Shown here: positions 45,641-53,458 of the stretch, piece by piece
Numbering within the stretch: position 1 is the first letter of the stretch
Layout: the number at the start of each line of letters is the position of its first letter
Virus record (IMG/VR): IMGVR_UViG_3300023174_000221
Location: 1-53,458 of that record
Strand: one strand, 5' to 3'
Source of the DNA: a virus
Lineage: Duplodnaviria > Caudoviricetes
Length of the DNA stretch: 53,458 nucleotides
Notes under the pieces: generated by a model
Told to the model about the DNA's origin: nothing
Seen by the model: the letters and a program-made list of their open reading frames with translations, nothing else
Database searches by the model: none
Position numbers and translations under genes: made by a program

Positions 45641-45977
45641 AGAACTCATCAAGCTAGTTGAAGCCACGTATCCTGAAACGTGCAGAGAATTTAAGAAAAT
45701 TCAGAGTGAACAATACAATACTTTCTGTAAAAAACAAAATGATTACGGGCCGCACAATATTAGCCTAGGATCTGACCTACATAGAGAAGAGGATATTGTT
45801 GCATCCATTTCTGCTATCGTAGTGCGACTCAATGATAAGATTCAGAGATTAATCAACATGGTATTGAGAAAGAAGACGTTTGAAACGGCCAATGAACCTA
45901 TTTTTGATGCTTTTAGCGACACTGCAGTGTACTGTATTATTGCCGAAATAGTCAAGAGAAAGAAATGGTGCAAATGA
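45630..45977 (+). CDS. DUF1599 / nucleotide-modification-associated domain 1 (all-alpha, MazG-like)
   Basis: KKQNDYG..NI, VRLNDK..RL.N and E...D.F.D..VY.II. Confidence 0.8.
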   Translation: MNPEELIKLVEATYPETCREFKKIQSEQYNTFCKKQNDYGPHNISLGSDLHREEDIVASISAIVVRLNDKIQRLINMVLRKKTFETANEPIFDAFSDTAVYCIIAEIVKRKKWCK

Positions 45978-46117
45978 AGCAACTCCGCACCAAGCATACC
46001 TGGGTAGATGATGACAATCATCCGCTCAAGGGATATCCTATTGATGAGCTAGACTTTATCGAAGAGACCTGGCTACAGATTATCAAGAGAAAAATTAGTG
46101 AGATTTTTAGAAAATAG
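45974..46117 (+). CDS. Small hypothetical protein (47 aa), not in ORF track
   Basis: MKQLRTKHTWVDDDNHPLKGYPIDELDFIEETWLQIIKRKISEIFRK; ATGA overlap; fills the gap in the operon. Confidence 0.55.
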   Translation: MKQLRTKHTWVDDDNHPLKGYPIDELDFIEETWLQIIKRKISEIFRK

Positions 46118-46118
46118 C

Positions 46119-46146
46119 TTTACTTCTTTAATTTGTCCAGTATAAT
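46119..46146 (+). promoter_or_regulatory. sigma70-type promoter TTTACT-N16-TATAAT
   Basis: ATG 6 nt downstream. Confidence 0.55.
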
Positions 46147-46152
46147 TGTGTT

Positions 46153-46731
46153 ATGATTTTTACTTTTACAGGTCCTCAGTGTTCGGGTAAGACTACTCTT
46201 TTAAAGAAGTGCAAGGAGTATTATGGTTCTAAGCTATGCTATATTGATGAAGTAACTAGGCTAATTAAACGTTGGCATAATTGTGATATAAATGAAGAAG
46301 GTGCTAATGATGTAACGCAGACATTAATTTTAAATAAAGAGTTTGAGAATTTATTTTACAATTATAAAGGATTTAATTTTCAAGGCATATTGCATGATCG
46401 CTGCTTGATGGATGGAATGGTTTATACAAGTTATTTTGCCGGTAGTAGACTAAATGATTTTCCTGTATCTAATAGTTTAGGTTTGTTATACTATACAAAT
46501 TATATTAAAAAGTATGATCATATCTTTTATCCGAGTCCTCATGATGTTCCGCTGGTTGATGATGGTGAGAGAAGTATTAATAAAGAATTTAGAGATGCAA
46601 TTATTGATAAATATGAGAATTTTTGGTTGTCAGATGAAAGGTTAAAAGGAAAGGTAACTATTTTAAAAGGAACAGTGGAAGAACGCATGGAAGCAATTAA
46701 AATAAAACTTAATGAATACGGAATTAGATAA
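46153..46731 (+). CDS. P-loop nucleoside/nucleotide kinase (AAA_28 / dNMP-kinase-like)
   Basis: GPQCSGKTT Walker A, DRCLMD, and YD.IFY....LVDDGER. Confidence 0.8.
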   Translation: MIFTFTGPQCSGKTTLLKKCKEYYGSKLCYIDEVTRLIKRWHNCDINEEGANDVTQTLILNKEFENLFYNYKGFNFQGILHDRCLMDGMVYTSYFAGSRLNDFPVSNSLGLLYYTNYIKKYDHIFYPSPHDVPLVDDGERSINKEFRDAIIDKYENFWLSDERLKGKVTILKGTVEERMEAIKIKLNEYGIR

Positions 46732-47632
46732 TAGTAATATATCAAAGCATCTTGGTAAAATAACCGGGTATAAGTGCACCTATGACCCCTCACTCTTAGT
46801 TCGTGAGCCTAGAGCTAATAACAGGAAGCATCTAGGTATTAGTGATGAGAATCCTCCTTTTTGTGGTTATGATGTTTGGAATGCTTACGAGGTATCATGC
46901 CTAACAAGTGAGGGGATGCCAATTGCGGCTATAGCCAAAGTTGTCTACCCTGCTACAAACAAATATATTGTTGAGTCCAAGTCCATCAAGCTCTACATGA
47001 ATTCGTTCAATATGGAGAAATATCAAGGCAATATTATTAATATATTACAACAGCTTGAGGCCGTGATGGAGAATGATCTTTCTAAATTGCTTGAAACAGA
47101 TGTTAAGGTATGTGTCAGGCTTACAAAAGCAATTGACGATGCCATGCATTACCCGCCCCTATTTCCTACCGCGCTATATCCCACGCTTGAAAATAATATT
47201 GATGTAACGACTATTAAGTCCCGCGGCTACAAAGAGGATCCTAAGCTACTTGGCTGGTTGGAAGGTGACTCGAATAAAGTACAGCGCTTTCATTCAGCGC
47301 TATTAAAGAGTAATTGCAGGGTCACATCTCAACCGGATTGGGGGGATGTTTATATTCATTACAAAGGACCTTACGAACTCAATCAAACCTCTTTATTGCA
47401 GTACATTGTTTCGTTCAGAGATGAATGTCACTTCCATGAGGAGATTTGCGAGACAATTTATAAGCGGCTGTATGATCTGGTCAAGCCAAAAGAATTGATG
47501 GTATCGTGTCTGTATGTGAGACGCGGTGGCATTGATATTAACCCTATCAGAGCCAATAGCCCAGAACTCTTGAAGCAGAACGGTGCCATGTGGGATAAGT
47601 GGAAGTATTTTACTAAGACTGTTAGGCAGTAA
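46712..47632 (+). CDS. queF: NADPH-dependent 7-cyano-7-deazaguanine (preQ0) reductase, bimodular type
   Basis: YDPSLL, D.WNAYE.S.L, ESKSIKLYMNS QueF motif, catalytic SNC..T.QPDWG, FHEE.CE and RRGGIDINP.R. Confidence 0.95.
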   Translation: MNTELDNSNISKHLGKITGYKCTYDPSLLVREPRANNRKHLGISDENPPFCGYDVWNAYEVSCLTSEGMPIAAIAKVVYPATNKYIVESKSIKLYMNSFNMEKYQGNIINILQQLEAVMENDLSKLLETDVKVCVRLTKAIDDAMHYPPLFPTALYPTLENNIDVTTIKSRGYKEDPKLLGWLEGDSNKVQRFHSALLKSNCRVTSQPDWGDVYIHYKGPYELNQTSLLQYIVSFRDECHFHEEICETIYKRLYDLVKPKELMVSCLYVRRGGIDINPIRANSPELLKQNGAMWDKWKYFTKTVRQ

Positions 47633-47998
47633 TTAAGATAATCTTAACAAGTAACAGGTTTGGTTCAACAAACCAAGCATTTCATCACGTATATTGAGCA
47701 AATCAGAATCAATCTCTGCATTGAGCTTGTGGTTGATATCCGAGAGAAACGCTTTATAAGTGTCAAAAGCAGTACAAACTTCAAGCTCTTTAATATCAAA
47801 AAGCTTTATATCGATATTGCCATTAGAAAAGCAAGCCTCTTTTCTTCCAAGAGCTGTCTCCACGAAAGTATCAATAAGACCATCCAACCCCTCATATGCT
47901 TTGCCAAGAGCTTTGTGAGCAGCATAACTCTTTGTTTGCCAATGAAAAATTCTTAATTGATTCTGCATTTGCAGCATATCTCTGACCACATCGTGCAT
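47633..47998 (-). CDS. Ferritin/Dps-like protein (DUF5856-like)
   Basis: HWQT.SYA.HKAL...YE.L..LID.FVE...G and L.NIRDEM....NQ..YLL.L; TATAAATA-N5-ATG. Confidence 0.75.
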   Translation of the reverse strand: MHDVVRDMLQMQNQLRIFHWQTKSYAAHKALGKAYEGLDGLIDTFVETALGRKEACFSNGNIDIKLFDIKELEVCTAFDTYKAFLSDINHKLNAEIDSDLLNIRDEMLGLLNQTCYLLRLS

Positions 47999-48064
47999 AC
48001 TGTTATTTATATGTACTATATCAAGTTATTCGTGGATCCGTTATTACTTTCAATTAAATAACAT

Positions 48065-51000
48065 GTGAATCTATACAATGTGCTTCTAAACAATAGAATT
48101 CCTTTTGTTTTGCATGAAAGCAGTGATTCAGAGAATGTTATATATTGTAAGTCATTTTCTGATTATCTGTTCAATGTGGGTACGTTTACCACCAGAACCA
48201 AAGAAGTTATACTTGAATATGTTGTAGATAATGCTGAAAAATATGTAGTTGCTGATGTAACTTTTGACAATGGTGAGTGTTACAAGGATGTAAGATTCAA
48301 AGTGGTTGTTAATGAAAATACTGAAACACCATACTCCACCATCAACTTAAATCTTCTTAGCAACAAGACACAGGTAGCTGCACCCCAACAATCACAGCAA
48401 ATAGTTGAAGATGTTGAGGAGATAGTTGAAGAGCCCGTATCTACTCATATATCAGCTCCCATTATTGAAACTCCAGATTATACGGAAACCATTAATGAGA
48501 CTTTAAAACTACAAAAGAAACTTAATGTAGAGAAAGAAGAAATTAGAAAACAGAAAATTATTCTAGAAAAACAAGATCTTTTAAATAAAAAATTACAAGA
48601 ATATAAGCAAGAACTATTAGAAGAATATGTAACTGCTGTTGATAAGCAAAAGCAGCTGCTTGGTGCACATTTAAAGGAAACCTTGACAATAGCCGAACAC
48701 GATCTTAGTGAACGCATAACCAACACATTTAATGAATATAGCAATCAACTAGAAACTTATCAAAACAAGTCTAAAGTAGATCAACTTGAATTTATTATTG
48801 AAAAAATTAACGATTCTATTGTTGATATTAAAGTTGATCTGAACAGCTTGGTATCAAATAAATTTAATCAAGAGCAAGACATCTTACTAGAAGCGCTACA
48901 TGCAAAGTCTCAACTGTTACAAGAAAAATATGAGCAAAAATTATTATTGGAGCTTGAGAAATACAAAGAAACATTATTTGAAGAATTTCGCTTGTCATCA
49001 CAAGAAGCTATATTACAAACTCTAGCTCAAAAGAAAGATTTAACTGAACAGCAAATTATTATAGCTTTTGATAATAAAGAAAAAGAATTTAATTCGCACT
49101 TTGAAACAAGACTTAAAAATACTACCTTGGAGCTGGACAGCATTGTACAAGAATTTTCAAATAAGCTTCCAGCCATCAGCGATGATATGTCTTTATTGGA
49201 AGCCAAGCTTAAAGACCTACTGGAAGAAAGAAAGAAATCTGATGAAACAGGTAAGTTTAATACCTCGCAGCAGAAATATATTGCTGATACCGCACAATAT
49301 TGGGCTCGACGCATACTAGATTTGGGTGGTGGTGGAGGATCTGTTGCAGTTCAATATGCCAATGGTGGTACTATGAATGGTAATTTGAATGTAAATGGTA
49401 GCTACTTGTCTGGTGGTGTTGATTTGTTAAATATATTTAGCGGTGGCGGTCTGACGGATAGATTAATCAATGGTTCTTATCAAGTGGTACTGAGTAGCAA
49501 CAGTACGCTAATTTTCCCTGGCAGCGGTACCTTAACAGATACCGCTTCAGTTGCTCAAGTAGGTTTTGAAATTAACGGTTTATTTAATTATGCAGGGCAA
49601 ACTTCAGTTGGTCTTAATACTTTTAATGCAGGATTAGGCAACCCTGCCTGGGGACCAGCAATCCAGGCAAACCCCACAGACTATGAAATTGTATTCAATG
49701 GTGGTTTGGTCGCCACTATTGCCAGTGCGGCAGGCACAGCTTCTCCTGGGGCACGATGGGATTTTACAGGCTCTTGGCCTGCAAATCCCACTGGAGCTCC
49801 AGTCACCATTCGTGCAAAAAATTATACCCCTGGTGTGCAAGGAACAGATGGCATAAGACTTGCCTCAAATAATAATTCTTGGACATTTGGCACAGATGGC
49901 AATCTAACATTTCCAACTGGTAGTAAAATATCCAAAGGCTATCCAGGACAGACTCAAGATGGCAGCAGTTGGTTTGTAGCACCTGCAGGGGATTGGGGAG
50001 GACTTGCCAGCGCAGATGGTGAACAGTATGTACAGATAGGCAATAACAGTCCTATCCTTATTGGTACAAATTGGCCGGATAGTGCTCATGAATGGACATT
50101 TGGCACAGATGGTACCACATTATTTCCAAATCAGGCCATTGATGGCGGCACAGCACCAATTGAATTAAAGAGTCGTAGTTGGAGTCAACTGACATATAAC
50201 AATAACGATATGACCCCAGCACCCAACAAAAATCACAGCACTACATTTTTTGTAGAAGGTGGTGATGCGTTGTTGGAAATATTCCGTTGGGATAATGATG
50301 GTGTTCTGCAGCATCGTCAATGGACATTCTCAAGTGATGGTAGTTTAACATTCCCAGACAACACCATACAAGCAACAGCATTCACAGGCATACCGGCTAA
50401 CATTGCTTATACCAACCAAGACACTATATTTGAAAAAAATGTAACCATACAAGGCAATCTAACAGCATTAGGTACCAGCACATTTCAGAATACTATCTTC
50501 ACAACCACCAGTGCGTTGAGTGTTTATAATACAGGACCAGGACCTGCGTTATATGTATTTCAGGCTGCTGGTCCCTATGATGTAGCCAGCTTTTATGATG
50601 GTGACGGTGTCGAGGTATTGCATGTGGGCAATGCACAGGGTGGAGGCAATCCCTTAGGTCAAGTAGGTATAAACACAAGCTTCCCATCAGCTGAATTAAC
50701 TGTAAATGGTGCCATTAGTAGTAATGGTAATATAAAAGCTGGTGGGCAATTTTCATTCCAGAATGGTGATTATGTCTCATCAACTGATGGGACTGGTAAT
50801 TTTGTAGACTTAAGGAATGCTAATTACTATCAACTTAATTTTGTTAATACAGGTGTAAATGGCGCAGGTGATTGGCATGTGGGTAATTATCTTCCATTTG
50901 GAGCGTTCGGTTGGTATAATACTTATTTAGGTAGAAGCATGATGGATTTAATAGATGGCACCCAGGGAGGTCATGACAAGGGTGTGTATTTTTATGATAA

Positions 51001-53458
51001 TGTTAGTATTGGTGCAGGTTCGCTCACAGTTGATGGTGCCATTAATAGCAATAGTACAATTGCCGCTGAAGGTGGCAACAGCAATAATTGGAATAGTAAT
51101 TATACCACTACACAATCAAACAGTGCCAATTGGATATTGGATGGTGGCAATGCCAAGGGTGCAAATTTGACAATCGGGACTAATGATAATAATAGCTTAA
51201 TACTTAAAGCTAGTAACATACCTCTTGTTAATATTACACCAGAAAACAATGTAGGCATAGGGTATACAAGCAGCTCCCCTGCAGTTAATCTTGTGGGATA
51301 TAATTTTAATAATGCAAGAAGCACAATCACCACCACAGTTAGCGTTTATTCACAGTACCCAGGTGTGAGTGCAGGTAGCATGGATGCTGCAACTGGTATA
51401 GCGGGAGTAGCTAATTATACTCTGGGTTGGGGCACCTCATCTTACTCACCTGCTGCTACAACCCCTGCTTTGGCCATAGCTGCAAATGAATATATAAGAA
51501 TTCCTATATATCCTCTGGCTAGCGGTGATTATAATATCGCTATAAATGGTGTATCTGCTCCTTTCTTCGTTAATAGATCTGCTAGTGGTGCACAAAGATT
51601 TGCTTTATTATACAGCACTCTGCCCACACCAGTGTCTTACACAACAATCCTAGATACTGCTATACCTGCTACTGCAACCGACCTAGCGCCAGCGATCAAT
51701 GCTGTATTAAATGCATCCAACATTACAATTACATCTGCTACAACAGGATATTTTTATCTAGTACCCTACAATGCAACATCAACTGGGGGTCAATTTCGCT
51801 TACCAAACACCAGTGCAGTTAGTCGAGACATTCAGTTTACAGGGTATGTGGAAATACCTGAACCTGTTATTCCTAGTGAGAGGCTCACTGTTGTTGGCAA
51901 TATAAGCAGCAGCAATATTGTTTATGGTTCCAGATTATCAGTCAGCGGTCCATTTGCAAATGGTGCTGTGTATGTTGCAAATTCGAACTTACAAATTGGA
52001 ACTAATGATGCATTTAATTTAAATTTAGAAACAAATAATACCAACAGAATTACTATATTGAGTTCAGGTGAAATAACTTTAAACCCAGTAACTATCACAC
52101 CTGCATTGAGCTCCATGCAAAATGTTCTGAATGTGAGAGGCACAGCAGTGGTATGCAGCGACATATCCACCCTTATTAGCACACCAGCACTGGACCCATC
52201 CAGTCCAGGTCAATTCTCTGCAGGAGGCATGCTCATGGGTCAAAATGAAGGAGGTGCATACATGGGCCGGATAGGAGTAAGAGAGAGCAGCTGGCAGGTG
52301 ATATCAGGCACAGAAGGAACAAATTGGGTTGATAGAACAGGATCAGGCAGTAGAAATTGGATCAGTGTGGCCATGTCTTCTGATGGTAGAATACAGACGG
52401 CTGTTGCAGGTTATGGCTTTATCTACACATCTTATGATTATGGTGTGACCTGGACTGAAAGAACAGGAGCAGGCGGTAACAATTGGTTTAGAGTGGCCAT
52501 GTCTTCGGATGGCAGAATACAGACGGCTGTTGCAGGACCAGCTGACTTCATCTACACATCTTATGATTATGGTGCAACCTGGACTGCAAGGACACAAGCA
52601 GGCAGCAGACCGTGGATTAATGTGGCTATGTCTTCTGATGGCGAAATACAGACCGCTGTCACAAATGGAGGCTTTATATACACATCTTATGATTATGGTG
52701 TGACCTGGACGGAAAGAACAGGGGCAGGCAGTAAAAATTGGTTTGGAGTGGCCATGTCTTCAGATGGCAGAATACAGACAGCTGCAGGACCCACACCAGG
52801 CAACATCTACACCTCTTATGATTATGGTGCAACCTGGATTGTTAGAGATACCAGCAGACCGTGGTACCATATAGCCATGTCTTCAGATGGCAGAATACAA
52901 ACAGCTGTTACGACAGGTTACATATATAGTTCTTATGATTATGGTGCAACCTGGACTGCAAGGACACAAGCAGGCAGCAGAGTATGGTCCGCAGTGGCCA
53001 TGTCTTCAGATGGCAGAGTACAAACAGCTGCTGAAGGAGGAGGTTACATATACACTTCCTATGATTATGGCATAACGTGGTTTATAGGAACATCAAATTT
53101 TATTAGTTGCAAAGATGTGGCCATGTCTTCTGATGGCAGAATACAGACAGCTGCCGGTACGTCGGGGTCTTATATTCGCACCTCTTATGCAACCATAGTA
53201 ACACCTGGTCCTGTTACAGTATTAAACTCTATTAGTTCTACTGGGGCAATATATGCATTAAACGGAAACAGCAACAATTGGTCTAGTGTTTACAATTCTT
53301 ATAACAGCATTAGTAGCAGATACACTACATTAGATTACCTGTCCTCTAATTTTATACGTCTTGGTGGGTTGTATGCAGGTCCTAATCCTGGCAGCATAAC
53401 TGCTACAACGCCTGTATCTGCTATGTATGGCATATATGTTGAACCAGTATCTGGGTAT
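48065..53458 (+). CDS. Giant fibre/virion protein (>1798 aa), 3'-truncated; not in ORF track
   Basis: TAAATA-acat-GTG start. Frame is open wherever checked through to the window end, and the track lists no stop-terminated ORF in this frame. Architecture: E/K/Q coiled coil, LGGGGGSVAVQYANGG hinge, fibre modules, 7-repeat propeller. Confidence 0.85.
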   Translation, partial: MNLYNVLLNNRIPFVLHESSDSENVIYCKSFSDYLFNVGTFTTRTKEVILEYVVDNAEKYVVADVTFDNGECYKDVRFKVVVNENTETPYSTINLNLLSNKTQVAAPQQSQQIVEDVEEIVEEPVSTHISAPIIETPDYTETINETLKLQKKLNVEKEEIRKQKIILEKQDLLNKKLQEYKQELLEEYVTAVDKQKQLLGAHLKETLTIAEHDLSERITNTFNEYSNQLETYQNKSKVDQLEFIIEKINDSIVDIKVDLNSLVSNKFNQEQDILLEALHAKSQLLQEKYEQKLLLELEKYKETLFEEFRLSSQEAILQTLAQKKDLTEQQIIIAFDNKEKEFNSHFETRLKNTTLELDSIVQEFSNKLPAISDDMSLLEAKLKDLLEERKKSDETGKFNTSQQKYIADTAQYWARRILDLGGGGGSVAVQYANGGTMNGNLNVNGSYLSGGVDLLNIFSGGGLTDRLINGSYQVVLSSNSTLIFPGSGTLTDTASVAQVGFEINGLFNYAGQTSVGLNTFNAGLGNPAWGPAIQANPTDYEIVFNGGLVATIASAAGTASPGARWDFTGSWPANPTGAPVTIRAKNYTPGVQGTDGIRLASNNNSWTFGTDGNLTFPTGSKISKGYPGQTQDGSSWFVAPAGDWGGLASADGEQYVQIGNNSPILIGTNWPDSAHEWTFGTDGTTLFPNQAIDGGTAPIELKSRSWSQLTYNNNDMTPAPNKNHSTTFFVEGGDALLEIFRWDNDGVLQHRQWTFSSDGSLTFPDNTIQATAFTGIPANIAYTNQDTIFEKNVTIQGNLTALGTSTFQNTIFTTTSALSVYNTGPGPALYVFQAAGPYDVASFYDGDGVEVLHVGNAQGGGNPLGQVGINTSFPSAELTVNGAISSNGNIKAGGQFSFQNGDYVSSTDGTGNFVDLRNANYYQLNFVNTGVNGAGDWHVGNYLPFGAFGWYNTYLGRSMMDLIDGTQGGHDKGVYFYDNVSIGAGSLTVDGAINSNSTIAAEGGNSNNWNSNYTTTQSNSANWILDGGNAKGANLTIGTNDNNSLILKASNIPLVNITPENNVGIGYTSSSPAVNLVGYNFNNARSTITTTVSVYSQYPGVSAGSMDAATGIAGVANYTLGWGTSSYSPAATTPALAIAANEYIRIPIYPLASGDYNIAINGVSAPFFVNRSASGAQRFALLYSTLPTPVSYTTILDTAIPATATDLAPAINAVLNASNITITSATTGYFYLVPYNATSTGGQFRLPNTSAVSRDIQFTGYVEIPEPVIPSERLTVVGNISSSNIVYGSRLSVSGPFANGAVYVANSNLQIGTNDAFNLNLETNNTNRITILSSGEITLNPVTITPALSSMQNVLNVRGTAVVCSDISTLISTPALDPSSPGQFSAGGMLMGQNEGGAYMGRIGVRESSWQVISGTEGTNWVDRTGSGSRNWISVAMSSDGRIQTAVAGYGFIYTSYDYGVTWTERTGAGGNNWFRVAMSSDGRIQTAVAGPADFIYTSYDYGATWTARTQAGSRPWINVAMSSDGEIQTAVTNGGFIYTSYDYGVTWTERTGAGSKNWFGVAMSSDGRIQTAAGPTPGNIYTSYDYGATWIVRDTSRPWYHIAMSSDGRIQTAVTTGYIYSSYDYGATWTARTQAGSRVWSAVAMSSDGRVQTAAEGGGYIYTSYDYGITWFIGTSNFISCKDVAMSSDGRIQTAAGTSGSYIRTSYATIVTPGPVTVLNSISSTGAIYALNGNSNNWSSVYNSYNSISSRYTTLDYLSSNFIRLGGLYAGPNPGSITATTPVSAMYGIYVEPVSGY
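49880..50358 (+). repeat. Three WTF(G/S)(T/S)DGxxxFP fibre motifs
   Basis: At 49880, 50093 and 50321; the first two share TGGACATTTGGCACAGATGG. Confidence 0.7.
52367..53190 (+). repeat. Seven tandem 123-129-bp coding repeats (VAMSSDGRIQTA...IYTSYDYGxTW), Asp-box beta-propeller
   Basis: Units start at 52367, 52493, 52622, 52748, 52871, 52994 and 53117, with near-identical GC(C/T)ATGTCTTCNGATGG and TATGATTATGG. Confidence 0.9.

Noticed and set aside
52367-53190. CRISPR array or DGR template/variable repeat
   Set aside because: Units are in-frame multiples of 3 encoding propeller blades. There are no unique spacers and no cas or reverse transcriptase gene in the window, and differences are not adenine-specific.
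1-53458. Stop-codon reassignment
   Set aside because: Core genes are full length in code 11, and TAA, TAG and TGA all end well-defined genes.
48000-53458. Apparent non-coding or fragmented region in the ORF track
   Set aside because: It is one long plus-strand frame from GTG 48065 with no stop before the window end; the listed short ORFs are shadows.
1-53458. tRNA, rRNA, transposase or integrase genes
   Set aside because: None recognised by eye and intergenic gaps are short; tRNAscan-SE/Infernal were not run.

Overview
This is a 53.5-kb, AT-rich, gene-dense segment of a large T4-like myophage using the standard genetic code. It carries the T4-type core genes portal (gp20), tail terminator (gp15), clamp-loader subunit (gp62), a gp5-like baseplate spike and class Ia nrdAB. 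It also has many large fibre or virion proteins, including an unlisted ORF of more than 1,798 aa running off the right end, plus a GroES-like co-chaperonin, ribosomal protein bS21, five 2OG-Fe(II) oxygenases, three muralytic enzymes and a Nal1-type trypsin protease. Two systems stand out. (1) A 7-deazaguanine DNA-modification operon (TGT/DpdA-fold protein, PurN-like formyltransferase, DUF1599/Nmad1, P-loop nucleotide kinase, QueF) points to formyl-preQ1 DNA, possibly made at the nucleotide level. (2) Most promoter-proximal genes appear to be leaderless: start codons lie 4-6 nt after a TAAATA late-promoter box, or mostly 6-9 nt after a TTGANT-N16-TANNNT promoter. This coincides with a phage bS21 and two promoter-associated intergenic elements that carry orphan Shine-Dalgarno sequences, one in the bulge of a perfect stem-loop. 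Together these suggest a possibly undescribed translation-takeover system. Several clues hint at a non-Bacteroidota host, possibly Verrucomicrobiota. All family calls come from motif recognition by eye; no searches were run.
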